From assembly GCA_051362555.1 (NCBI GenBank), contig CM120648.1, positions 5,638,587 through 5,702,586 of the forward strand: 64,000 bases of DNA. Reading direction: 5' to 3'. Positions 1-12,429 of this stretch are shown piece after piece (positions within the stretch are counted from its first letter, which is position 1; every line of letters begins with the position of its first letter). The notes beneath the pieces were generated by a model. It saw only the letters and a list, made by a program, of their open reading frames with translations. It made no database searches and was not told where the DNA came from. The DNA comes from Lingula anatina. Lineage: Eukaryota; Animalia; Brachiopoda. Position numbers and translations under genes: made by a program.

Positions 1-1123
1 ATGACCGAAAGAACTTCTGGTTCGTTTTGGCTAAACCTTTGTCGCAAAACACGGTGATATTAAAAACAAAAGGTCTACCTACTTTACTTACAGTTAACCT
101 ACAGTTGATCTCGGTCGTTTTTGATATAATCAGCCTCCAATGGTTTTCGACTTCTTCCACTTCTGTCCAGTCCCCCAGTCATGTGCAAATGCAGGGAGTA
201 GACGGTGCTTAAATACTCGTCTCCAGGATCGAGTTACCTGACACCGCTAGTGACACAAACAGAGCGAGACTGCGACGAGATTTCCATCAAAATTTCAGGA
301 AATTTGCGCTCCTTTGCTGGGATGGAGTTTCCAGGTATGTCATGATATGGTTAGTAAAATGACGCAATATGATAACTCGGGTCAGAGGAAAATATTTGCT
401 TCTACGACAGGTTCTGGCAGAAAAACTCGGAATTTCAATGCGATTTCTGTATTGTGCCTTGGTTTTTAGTGATTATCTATCTAGCCTAAGATTAACAGGC
501 TGGGTTCATTGAACGATTTAAACGGTGTTTAGTTCAACAGAAAATGATAATTAAAGAAATTGTTCTCAAAGTCAAGGTATAGAAATATTGAGATTGCTTG
601 CGTGATTTTTCACTTCGTGTATTAGGGGACTGCACGAGGATGGCCAAATTCTTTCTTCGATATACACGTTATACACACGGGCGTCTTGCTAAAACAAATC
701 AGCTAGGTTTATGCCACGTCAAGCTGCGAAAGAGGAGAGAGAGAATGGGAGAATGAATGGATGAGAGAGAGCGAGAGAGAGAGAGAAGATGAGCGTGCTG
801 AAACGTACTTCAGGGATGGCCGCAGCTAAGATTTTCCATACGATGCAAAAGCAAACACAACGGCAATGGTAGTGGAACAGTCTGCTTATGAACAGTTTCC
901 CATTACTATGTCAGGTGACATTCAGTCCCTTTGCTGACCCCAATACTCCAACTAACCCTTACCCATACTTATCATATGGGACCCCGGACTTCTATTAATT
1001 CCTAAGACTACCGTTCCTATTACACCCGACCCTACAGAGTACATGTAAGCTACACCTCAAATTCTTACGTACAAGATACTGATTTTTGGTATTGAATATT
1101 TTACCTTCATTCAGCACAGATTT

Positions 1124-1280
1124 CAGGGGCGGATCCATAGCTATTTTCTGACCGTTTTCCAAATTATCTTTGTTGATCCATTCTTTATTTTTGACCGACT
1201 TCCGACAAAAAGAAATAGATCCCCATCAATGTAAACTTGAAAATCCAAAAGACCCAGAAGACGGCCTCGATCCGCCCTTG
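1124..1280. mobile_element. Short non-autonomous DNA element (MITE-like) with CAGGGGCGGATC-type terminal inverted repeats
   Basis: Starts caggggcggatc (1124), ends gatccgcccttg (1280). 'gattt' lies on both sides, offset by one base on the right, so the TSD is imperfect. Confidence 0.6.
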
Positions 1281-3163
1281 TGATTTGTATGCGTGTGACT
1301 TTGTTGGTTTGGTGACAACTTTGGAGATAAAAAAGAATAGATATTCCATGACTATTTTCTTAAATTTCCGTTGCTGATGAAGCGAACGTGAGCTTTGGGG
1401 CGTGAGGTTTGGCCTTCTGACGGTCTCGAGTATACCTTAATCTTAATTATTACAACTTAGGCATTCTTTGAATCCATTGTTTTCAATGTTTATATTTCTT
1501 GATTATCATCTCTCCATGATTCAAGTGAAATGGAGGTCTAGGAAATGTTTGGGTGTCTCCGAGTTTCTTGATACAAAGGATGTCCACGTGTACGATACCC
1601 GCCCATCTTTTCTATCAAAGCCGTGCAATTAGAAGTTTTTATTTGAAATGACATTTTTAATTTAAATATATAGCATCTAATAATTTAATACTTATCACTA
1701 GAAGTCCGCAAAACAGACCCTCTTCGATAAGTGGATATTTTGGTGGACAATGGTATAGGCCTACCACGCTAGACGTTTCAATAACAAGTTTTTTTTTTAT
1801 TCTGGATTGATAATGGGTTAGAAGGTAGATTAGAATGAAATACCTTTTTGTCGAGAAAAAGTAGCAATATTTAAAATAGGTCTCGCGACGAAAAGTTAAT
1901 TTTTTCAGTAAAAAAAGGACCCTTCTCTAAAATTGCTTCACCCCTCTCAACCCCGAGTTAGCAGATAAGGTTATGCCGCCGCCAATTGCATGCAGTATAC
2001 AACATATTCTATGCCGGGCTTTGAGATCAAATGTATACTTCAACGCGTTTGAATTTTATGAATTAGAGTTGAATTGATTTCTCCTGGCTGAGACAACTTG
2101 CGCAGGAGGCTATCGCTTTCTTGTGGTAAGTAGTGCTGCGCATGCGGCATTTAGAGCTGTGTCCATTTGACGCTAAGCGCTCAGGCAGAAAGGACACAAC
2201 TACATGCACATTAAAAAATGATATATGTAATATAAACGAGCATTTTAAGTAATTATGATGAGCAGATAAAAAGTGAATCGGTGAATCGGTGAATTCTTGC
2301 TTCTTCAATGCAAACACTCCATAAGAGACATTTTGTTTTTGAACGAGCATGGTAACTCGAAATATGCTTTATTGGCAAGTCAGGATTCCCCTAGACAAGG
2401 GTGATCTAGTACCAGCGATGAAGAGGCAAGACGCCTTTGTTGAAAATGCCTGTGAGAGAATACCTTCAGATAAGAGTGCCCTAATTGGTCTGATGGGGAT
2501 AGGATATCCCAGTAGTAACTGTTACGATTGTAAGATGATTGACATGTTTATGTACCGTATGTCAAACTGTAGTATCGTCTTTATTCCTGTTTTTTTTTTC
2601 AACTAACATGAGCGACGATAGCGTCAGCATTTACAGTTTAATAAAGTGTTTGTGTTATTATACTATTTGCAGTGTCCATGATTATATAGGAAAAGTATAC
2701 TATAGTTATCCGCCATTTTTACCAAAAAATGTTTTAAAAAATTAGAAAAGAGTTTAAGCCAACTAGAAAAGAGTTTCATAACTAACAAGAACAAACAAAT
2801 TATACACAATATAGACTGATTTATTGCCCATCTAAATCGAAAAAATAACCGATCGCAACCAAGAACTCCAAATAGTTGGTGGTGGTTACTCTTCTGAAAA
2901 TAAAAGTGAAAAATTCTAACTGTTCAGAGTAGTTCTTTAATTATGTGAAATTACGTTGCTATAGTATCAATAATACTACGGCCGACACCTTTTAAGTATT
3001 AAACTTTAAGCCACAATTTGTGTTCACAAAACGCGTTGTTATGTAATAAACCTAACGTTAAGAAAATCAACATAAAAGTAGACCATTAAACTGCTGAAAT
3101 AGTAAGCCCAAAGTGAGGATGACTTTATGAGTAGATGTTTTCAGACTTGGATAATTATAATAT

Positions 3164-4615
3164 TTACCAATTTAAGAGTGCATCAAGGAATTCTTTCATT
3201 TCTTTATCCGTGACATCATTTTCAGTCTCGGTGTCGTCTACATCTGGCCCACGATTGCCTCTCTGAAGAGGGAAAATAAGTTGACATCAAGAGGAGAAAA
3301 AAGCTAAATTTACCCATGAGGCAGTATTATGTATAATTGCATGAAAAATAAATGAACGAGGTAATAAAAATAAAATATTAATCGTGGTTTTGAAACAAAA
3401 AGGGTACCGAGGACGAAAGCGTATGCACAAGTCTGATAATTTTTGTTTAAATCGGTGGCTGTTAAGTTAATGAAAGCAAACGCGTATTGCTGTATCTTTC
3501 TTACTAAGAAAGCTGTTAAGTTTTTTTTGTGGCAAATATCAAATTATCATCGATTGAAAATGCAAAGTTAAAATCACTCGACACTTGCCATTTCTTTTGA
3601 TTATTTCAATCATAAAACATTAATTTTGGACATCATGAAAAAATCGCACTGGACTTTAAAAAATTACCCCTGACGAAAGCGAGCTCACTGCTTCTTGGAT
3701 ACAACTCAAGTAGGCGGCCTGGTTTCTACCAGTATAGGTGCGATAGAGTTCGGCTGCTCTGCCGCAGATGGTCTGAACCGCATCGTCTGTCGCCTTGCTG
3801 TCTGCCTTACGCACGTCCTCGGCACACTGACTGATGAAGAAGTCTCGGTTTGCTAGCTTCTCCCAGTAACCAGTTGGTCCACTTTTCTCGTCTCTCAATG
3901 TAGCAGGTCTCTGGAATTCAATACGATAGGTAAAGAAAGAACTGGAACAAATCAAAATGTTTTCTGGACAAAAAATGGGTCCTCTATATTGTAATTATGG
4001 TATGGGAGACAATTGAATGGAAGAATACAAGGAAACTTATATTTGGAACGAAGAAAAAATTTTCAGAAAGAACTTAAAATTCATTTAAACTATTAGCCAA
4101 GAACTTAAGGACTTAAATACTTTTTTTAATTTCTTGAATCATAAACAATGATACATAGCATTTTTAATTTTCAAGAAAACCTACTCAAAATATACTATTA
4201 AGCTGGTTAGAAATGTTCGATGCTAAAACAGTCAGTTTGTCAGTCAACTCACTGAAGCAGGCCTAGATTCCGCAGCCTTCCTTATACTGCCGACATAGGC
4301 TTGTTCGTTACGTTTTGTACCCTTTATGTACAGCCCATGGGCCCTCTGGCAAAGACTGGTGATAAGAGATATTGGCACGTCCAGGTTATTACTTGCAACA
4401 TACACCGCACACTCTGTGATGAAGAAGGGACCGTTCTCGAGTTTTCGCCAGTAAGACTGCTGTCCAGTTCCTCGCTTCAGGCTCTTTCCATCCCGGTCAC
4501 GAACAGGGACAGGCAAACGGATGCTATGCAGGCGGATGCGAGGCAAACTTTCAGTTCTGTGGACGTACAGCATTATTACCGCTGCCACAAGCAAACACAC
4601 AAACGAAATCTTCAT
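3164..4615 (-). CDS. Unknown secreted precursor, 234 aa, with two tandem homologous Cys-containing domains and an acidic tail
   Basis: Coding exons 4615-4253, 3910-3668, 3262-3164, joined by phase-0 GT-AG introns, ending in TAA. Signal peptide MKISFVCLLVAAVIMLYVHRTES; KR site before domain 1; last exon RGNRGPDVDDTETENDVTDKEMKEFLDALLNW. An acceptor (tttcag) lies 3 nt before the ATG. Confidence 0.85.
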
Positions 4616-4951
4616 TGTCTGAAACAGGAAAGTAACCAGTAACAGAATACTCATTCCGTGTGACAGGTATGAAAGTAAGGATTTTAATAGAATTCTGGTA
4701 TGGTTATATTTAAAATGCAAATTAAAGAATTGGAATTAACTTGCAACCAGAGATCTGGTTGAGTCAGCATGCCCACATAAGACGGAATGAAAAGAAAAAA
4801 ACACCGAACTTTACTCTGTCTGGGACAAAGATATTGCTAAGCATAATCCGTGGTTAAAAACTTGAACCTCGAACCTTCATAACAAGTAGACTACGAAAAC
4901 AGATTTTTTTGTCAGCAATAACCTACAATAAGTCAATAAAAACGTGGTTAC

Positions 4952-5067
4952 CGCGAACAGTTGGTAATCCTGTGATATTCCTCAGTCGTTCTTCCTACTT
5001 CTTCAACTGCCAAACTACTGTGTGAAAGAGAATTTGAGCACAGGTTTTTATAGGGGAAAAGCACGTG
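4952..5067 (-). promoter_or_regulatory. TATA promoter and non-coding first exon of the secreted-protein gene
   Basis: Minus-strand TATAAAAA at 5052-5045, CACGTG at 5062-5067, donor gtaacc from 4951 pairing with the acceptor at 4620-4619. TSS near 5020 inferred from TATA spacing. Confidence 0.6.
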
Positions 5068-6230
5068 GCGCTAGAGAACAGTGTTCAAACCCTCTGGGTA
5101 GGGCAACTACGTGGGATAACGGCTGACTGATTTTGTTGAAAAAATATTCAGGTATTTGGCAAATTGCCAAGTGCCATCACCCTGGTTCTCAGGGGTCTTA
5201 CAGCATCTCACCCCAGCCCTGTGAACATTCCGTGACCAAAGTCAGCATTGGTGAGTTTCAAGCCGACCCTACTATTCCGGGTGGAACAACCAGAACGACG
5301 TGCCGTTATCATAAAGTTTGCATCCTCTTGAAAGCTCATTCTGAGCAGGGAATTATATCCGAAATAATTCCCTGTTCTGAGTTGGCGAAGGATGCTCGCC
5401 ATGGGTTCTAGTTGTCTAATATGGAAAAATCGTCTGCTTATCATTTTTTTTTTGCTACGGTTTACATTTTATATGGTTTTACAGTAATTTCATCCCGCTT
5501 ATTTATTTATTTATTTCAATGTTGTTTTAAGGTTATTTGTCACTTGGAAGTGTGACACATCAGTTTATAATACAAAACCGAAATTATCTTGAGCAGTCTT
5601 TAAAGAATAGGACAGGAAAGTAGGAAATATGTAGGGGGGTTCTTCTTCTTCTTCTTCTTCTTATTTTTATTAATTATACATTGACCTTTTTGAAAACAAA
5701 ACGTTTTCGCTATGAATAAGCACTGATCATTCCTAAACAGGATTTAGAACTGTTTTTAAATTGTTTTGAAGAATCTAAAAAAAAAAAAAAAATGAAATGA
5801 ATTTGACACAATTTCATGTCTTAACTGCTCACTTTTCATAGTAGCGGATAATTTCAATTTATTTCAACACATTGATCATTGTTTTATTTTTATTTTATTT
5901 GCAAACGCACATATGTTTGGCGAAATACTCGATCCTTTTGCGCCAGATATGTGTAAGTCATGGTCATTGATTTGGAAATCTTGCGATAGGTGGCAGTAGT
6001 TGACGCCAGAGTCGGACAAACCAGGGAATTATGTCTGATATAATTCCCTGGACAAACGCAAGCACATCGGAATGCAAGATGATAAAGTGTTATCTTGTTG
6101 TTTATCAGTAAAAATGAAATAAAAAATGGAATTCTGATCACCGATATGTCAATACAATTTTGAACGACATGCAGTAAGAGATTTGTTACTGACTGACATA
6201 GAATCCCATTTTGGACCAGGGATTTACCCT

Positions 6231-6281
6231 ACTTCCGGTAAACTGATTACCGCTACAGTGGTGTAGCTTTTAATGGTAAGT
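6231..6281 (+). promoter_or_regulatory. Candidate promoter/first non-coding exon, possibly of the CLIC gene
   Basis: ETS-type ACTTCCGG at 6231-6238 followed by a consensus donor G|GTAAGT at 6276. The link to CLIC is inference only. Confidence 0.35.
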
Positions 6282-6643
6282 TTTAATAAAATTATACCGC
6301 TGAATTTTGTTAATCTATCAGTAGAGCGTAGAGTAAAATGTACAAATGTATGCTACGGTTGATAAGTGAAGAGAAAAAATAAATAGATGTAATTTTAACA
6401 ACAACAAGAGCGGCTACAGTATGACCTTAGTTTTCGGCATTTCAAGTAAACGTTTCTAGTTAAAAAGTTATATCACATGTACCCTGGTACAGTATAAGGC
6501 CTCAATACTCGTGGCAGTGTCAGAAACTCTCAGGGCTACAAGAGACGTAACTTACAACAACTGGCGTGCCGAAGTAATGCATAGCTAGAAATAAAATACT
6601 TAAACATTGTGAAACTGGTATGTGAACTGATACAAATCTGGAA

Positions 6644-7083
6644 CACCCTGAGCTTCAGAGATAACTTGACACTAACCTCTTCACAATAGCCTATCTTCAT
6701 CGTGTCAAGTTACCTCTGACCACATTCGATTGCCCCCGATATGGGCGGCCAAAAGGGCAAAAAATCATGTCGTCGATTCAGTTATGTTTCGTCGATTCAC
6801 TGCCTTCCCATCGATTCAGTTTCAAGTTTAAATGATCCTGTCATAAATTCAACATCTACTTTCGTCAATTCAACTGTCAAACATTTCTCATCTACGGTGT
6901 ATTAAAACTAATGCTGTCACTATTTTCGTCGATCGTGTAACTATTCTCGTCGATCGTCTAATCTCGTCGATCGTCCAACTAATCTCGTCGATCGTGTAAC
7001 TATTCTCATCGATCGTCTGAAGACGATAGTGTCCCTGTCGTAGTGAAGAGGATAGTGTCAAGTTATCTCTGAAGCTCAGGGTG
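6644..7083. mobile_element. Non-autonomous DNA transposon, hAT-like (8-bp TSD), 440 bp
   Basis: About 40-bp TIRs (caccctgagcttcagagataacttgacacta...), perfect TSD atctggaa at 6636-6643 and 7084-7091, internal tcgtcgatcg/gtcgattca repeats; no transposase ORF. Confidence 0.85.
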
Positions 7084-7241
7084 ATCTGGAAGGACTTGAA
7101 TTGCAAATGATATACTGTACGTACTTCAGTGTGGGACAGAGGAAACAGTTTACCCGGGAAGTGTATATTAATCGCATTGAGAGTTTCTAACACAGGAAGT
7201 TATGAGGCCTTACCTACTTAATGTGTGAGGCAGAAAACTAA

Positions 7242-7456
7242 GACCCCATTTCCAGAGATTAGATCGATCTACTTTAGATCGACCTAACTCCCCGGGGGTT
7301 CACGCTAAATAACTGTCAGCCGAGTGGACACGAAAGTTAATTACCCCCTTACAGCTTGTAGTAGGTGGGACAGACATTTAAGCCGGATTATCTGACAGTA
7401 ATCTAGTGAGACTCCCCACGGGGATAGATCGATCTAAAAGTTCTGGGAATACAGCC
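7242..7456. mobile_element. PIF/Harbinger-type (Tourist-like) MITE, family A, 215 bp
   Basis: Imperfect TIRs gaccccatttccaga / tctgggaatacagcc, TSD TAA; close same-length copy at 23530-23744. Confidence 0.8.
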
Positions 7457-10034
7457 TAAGGTAAGGATTCTCAGTACTAGTATTTATATTTTTAAAGAAC
7501 TTTTATGAAATTTAAATGCAGTAGTACAGGTTTTAATCTCTCATAACCCTTAGTAGGGTGGGTTTCATTTTTTAAAACGTGAGACGTTAATAAAATTATT
7601 ATTATTATTATTCAGGCTATACTACACAGTATAGATGTAATTACTATAGTAACAAACTTGGTCTAAAAACTAATGAAGTCAGAATGACTTTTTCTCAAAC
7701 CCCTTCCATCTCTCCCTCCCTCCTATTCTAGGCATTCTCTCTCACACACTCACACTCACACACACACACAGAAACACACTCATGAACTCATTCACACACA
7801 TAAACACACACTCACACACTATAAAGTAATATCTTTAACCTGCTAATTAAATATGAAATTACTTAAGTCTGCAAAAAATCGATAAGTTGAAATAATTATA
7901 CAAATCCACCTATTTGAATTTCAAAGGAAAATGTTACAGACAACACAGCAGTGTCTGCTAGCTGTTATTCAAACATTAGAGACTGTGACAGATGGCACTA
8001 ACTACTACCATGGCTTATAGAGTTATTTTCTTTATTATTTTGTTATTATTTTCATTTAATATTATCTTCTTTTCTGACTTTTTTGTCATCTGAGAAAAGA
8101 TCTGCAAGTTTAAATTTGACCTAGGTGCTGTTCCATTAAAAAGGAATGTTTCACTTTTTAAGTGGAAAGGTCCCCACCCCTCTTTTAAATTGTAGGCTAC
8201 ATGACTGATGGTGGCACAGTTATAGTTGCCAGGACTGGATTTTCTTATCACCAGGCATAAGACCCCCGTGTTTTTGAAAAGAGAAATGTTGTTCTGATAA
8301 CCTGCAGATAAAACTATTAGATTGTAATTCAATACAGTTAACTCCTAAAGGTAGTGCTAATCTGGCTGAGATTAGTTGCTGGCAGTTTGTAGGCAAGCAC
8401 AGGGTGGCAGGTGGGTCGTAGATGTGTAGAGGTAGGCCAAGTTTTGTTCACAAGTTCAAAGTTGGTCTTCACCTTTGGGTATGATTTTTATGTATGTTTT
8501 TCATCATTTTTGCCTTTTTTGAGTGAGTTGTTGTGTTTTAAGGTGTTCTATTTCTCCCAATTTGATAAAAATTGAAAACATTCATCGCGTGGTATTTTGA
8601 TGCAGAGAGAATCCATGCAAACAATTGAAAAAAAAATTGTTAACTAAATGCTACCCTGACTTACTGACTCCATCGCACAACAGACCCCAAATATTTAAAA
8701 ACCATTGCCTTAACTTTGACAGAGCTAATGAACATAAACAAAATATATTGCCTCCAAGTTCCTGTGAATAAGCAATTCATTTTTTTTATTCCAGTCCAAG
8801 GCTAATCATTCAGTGCTTTAAGTCTTAAAAAAAGAATGAAACATACCACCGACACCAGATATTCAACAGGAAATTATAAAAATCTACATTTAAAACCACA
8901 TAAATATCTTTCTCCTTGAAAATTACCCACATGGCAAACAATTTGTGCTACTAGGCACTTGCCCCAGACAATTGCACATCTAAAGAGGTACCAGGCTAGT
9001 AGAAAAACTTAAGTTTAATTAAAAAAACAAACTCACATTAAGACCAAAATTGCCTGAAATGCTAGCTGCTTAGAAGTTTTTGACACAGTCATTTCTTGTG
9101 ACATAGAAATGATCCATAATTTCATTTTTACCCTAGTTAAGATAATTCCTTCGAGATAAAATAAATATCTGATACTGTTGATGTTTTTTTGTAGTATTTT
9201 AAAATAATTTTCCTGTTCTAAGTAAGTCATTGTCTTAATGCTTTGACCCTTATATACAAGATGTCAGTGCTCTATAATGTTACGTGAGATCAGAAACATA
9301 TTGAGGTCTCCTCTGATGTGAGTTGGTCAATGTTGAATTTTTTTCACAAAATGGAATCAAGTTAAACTTGGTCAGTTTAGGAGAGATAAAACAATACTAT
9401 TATCATTATATTTTATCAAAATTTACCTAGTCAAAATGCCTCTTATAAGAAAGATAAAATTTAGTGCCACTTCTATTTTCCGTACTCCAACAGTGTGTGT
9501 AAACTGGCTTTATTTCTGGGCCAAGTCACATCGCAGGGCAGATATATATAAACTACGGAGACAGCTGACTCTACATAATGTGCATATGCGGCTTGGATGG
9601 ATAGCAGTTCAGAAAACTGTACTGTAACATGGCACACTAAGGTTTACCTGAACCTGGAGTAGTCCTGCTGATGTCATCAGACAGCCTGAGTATGGAAATC
9701 ACTTATTAAGATTTAATAGAAATTCTTGGTACCTTTTTTTTTTTAGAAAAGTGTATTTTATGTTAAAAATCCTGATTTAAGAGACATGAAAGGTGAGTTT
9801 CGTTTGAATCGGGAAGCATAACACGTAACACGGCAATGGGTGTGCCAAATAGTAATTTAACTTCTGATAAATGTTCATGTGAAAGATGTTCATACTTGTT
9901 GTTTATAACATAAATTTTATAACATATCAAGGTTTTGCAGACTAAAGTATCTTCATAAAAGCAGATTAAAGATCTTACTTAAGTGTGTGTGTGTTTGTTT
10001 ACATGTATGGGAATTAGTTCACAAATGTGATTCT

Positions 10035-10036
<2 letters not shown>

Positions 10037-10079
<43 letters not shown>

Positions 10080-10096
10080 TTTGAGAGAGAGAGAGA
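10037..10096. repeat. (GT)n and (GA)n microsatellite
   Basis: Directly visible. Confidence 0.9.
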
Positions 10097-12395
10097 GTAA
10101 GAGAGAGTGTGTGTATCATATGCATGTGAAAGTGCATGTGCTTGACTGACAAAATGTGTATGATTCTGAAAAGACTGAAATGTTCACTTTTTGTGGAATG
10201 ACCCATAGGTTTTAACTTAGATCTGTGCTAAACACACCTGAAGTATGCACATTTTCCTGAAATGTGTTCAAAGACATGGCAGATGGCAGACAAATCAGTT
10301 AAACTGTTTTTATAATACAATGGGTTCTCTACTATAATTGCTCTGTGATGTACAATATGATATGAAACAGGTTTTGAAATTGCCTCTGAAAATACATGGT
10401 TTAAAAGTACATCCTCGCTGAAAAGAGATAAAATAGAGGGTTGGATGTCAAGTCTCACAAGAAGGAACACTTTTCAGCTCTTTAGAAACAATTAACTTGT
10501 AGTTTTTTATGAGGACATTTTTTATCTTTGTTCCTTAGACAGGTGCTTTCTGATCTATTGTGGTATAATTGATATTTAAAATGGAAGGAAAAGAGAATAG
10601 TGAATATTTGAGGTGGGCGTGGTCGGACAGTGGATGAAAACCAGGCTCACAGTGTAATTTTTTTATTTCAAAATTTACCAAGAGAGATGTAAAGTCTTCA
10701 GTTCTGGGGAGATATATGTAATTTGGATTCAAGGGGGAAACAAATACTTGAGTACAGGTTTGTAAAACACTATGTGCAGTATGAGTAAAGATAAGGATGG
10801 GTATTTAATTAGATATTTCATCAAAGCCATACTGGTCAGAGAAAATTGTTAATTCCCTTTACGGATAAAGTTACAAATTACAATCCATTAATTTTTTTAG
10901 GTGAAAGAAGAAGAAAAAGCTTATTGGAGAGAAAACTTTAGAGCGTTCACACCACCTGAGCAGGTGAGGAAGTGAAGGTAGCCATTATACAGCACACCCC
11001 ATCAGGATGTCATCCAGAGAGAATGGAAAATGATAACTTTGTCTCCTCAGACATAAATATGTCACTGTAACTGCTGGTGACATCAATATAAATGAGTCAT
11101 CTTGATGACATATGGAGAAAATGAGAAAGATGCAATCTTCAGATACAGCGCGGAACAGGAGGCCCTCCACACAGTGAGTAGAAGCTAGATGGAGTTATTA
11201 AGATTGATTTTTTACAAATGTGTGTTTGTTTCTAGCTTTTGATCGTTTAACCTCTCCCCCCCCCCCCCCCTTTTTTTTTTTGCTTTACATTTTGCTCTCT
11301 CTGGAAAATAAATTTCCCATCTTTTTTAATCCATTGAAATAGAGAATATACATTGGCATTTGCATCTCAGTTAAATAATGAAATAATCAATGAAAATTAA
11401 TGACCCATTCTTCATATTTTGTAACATCCTGAAGGATTGTTATGTAAAATGAAAGAGAAACAGAATATTCAAATCCATGAGCTCGTTGTTCAAATAAAAG
11501 GATTTAATGTTATTTACTATCAACTGGTTTAAATTCCTTTTCACTTGAATGGCCTGAAAAGGAAATGACTTCAAATAATTTACCACGTAATGCCCCTTTA
11601 AAATCTTACTCAGGGCTCCTTGTTGAATTGGGGAATTTAAACCAGTACTAAAGTAATCCTATTCTAATTTTAGTAAAGACTAGCTTGGACCCTTACCACT
11701 TGTTACTCAGTCCAAGGTTAATGATAAGTCATGAAATTTATTTATAACCAAAAATTTTATATAGAAGTGGTTAAAAAATTCCGCTTGGTCTAAAATAATA
11801 TAAACCAACTGGTTGGTTTGAAGAAATGTTATCCTGAAGTGAACTCATGGTGAGTATAATGTGGAAAACCCCCAGGTGATAAATTCCCAGACCAGTGGTT
11901 AAATGCAATTAACTATGGTTAAACGCAATTTAATCATAGCACTCAGGCATCATGTGAAATGGAAAATTAAATGAATAGAAAAGTTCCAAAATGGACCAAA
12001 TTAGCTTCCTGAGTCAGGAGATGTTTACCGAAATGGGTTTGTGCCAAAAAATTGATCTATTATTCAAGCAGAAGTTTAACAGTCCTTGTGTTAGTGCCTT
12101 GAGCGAAATGGCAGGGCTACAAGTGAATGTTGGAGCAATAGATTCAATTTGCAAAAAGTAAGATTCATTGTATTGTTGCAGGAAATAGCCTTGCTGTTGT
12201 AGGCTGGAAATAAAATGGATGTTTTTTCAGATTCGTTTCATCTGCCCATGTTTTAAGAAGCTACAACTTTCAGGACTTGTTTAAATGTCACCAAGTGTTT
12301 TCTTTCAAAACTTTAAAACTGAATGGCTTAATTTGCTGTATTGTAAAAACAATGAACTGCATGCGGTCTGGAAGTGATTTTACAATCCCAGCTGG

Positions 12396-12429
<34 letters not shown>

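Noticed and set aside
27-212. 61-aa ORF and a donor-like ccag|gtatgt near 335
   Set aside because: TTG start, no recognisable motif, no partner exon found.
2063-2745. Three overlapping short ORFs, possible gene or retroelement remnant
   Set aside because: No recognisable motif in the frames I read and no consistent splice structure.
4301-4642. 113-aa plus-strand ORF
   Set aside because: Antisense shadow of the secreted-protein exon; TTG start.
11112-11173. Possible coding 5' exon of CLIC (MEKMRKMQSS...)
   Set aside because: Splicing into the CLIC exon meets a stop before ATG 19552; at most a uORF.
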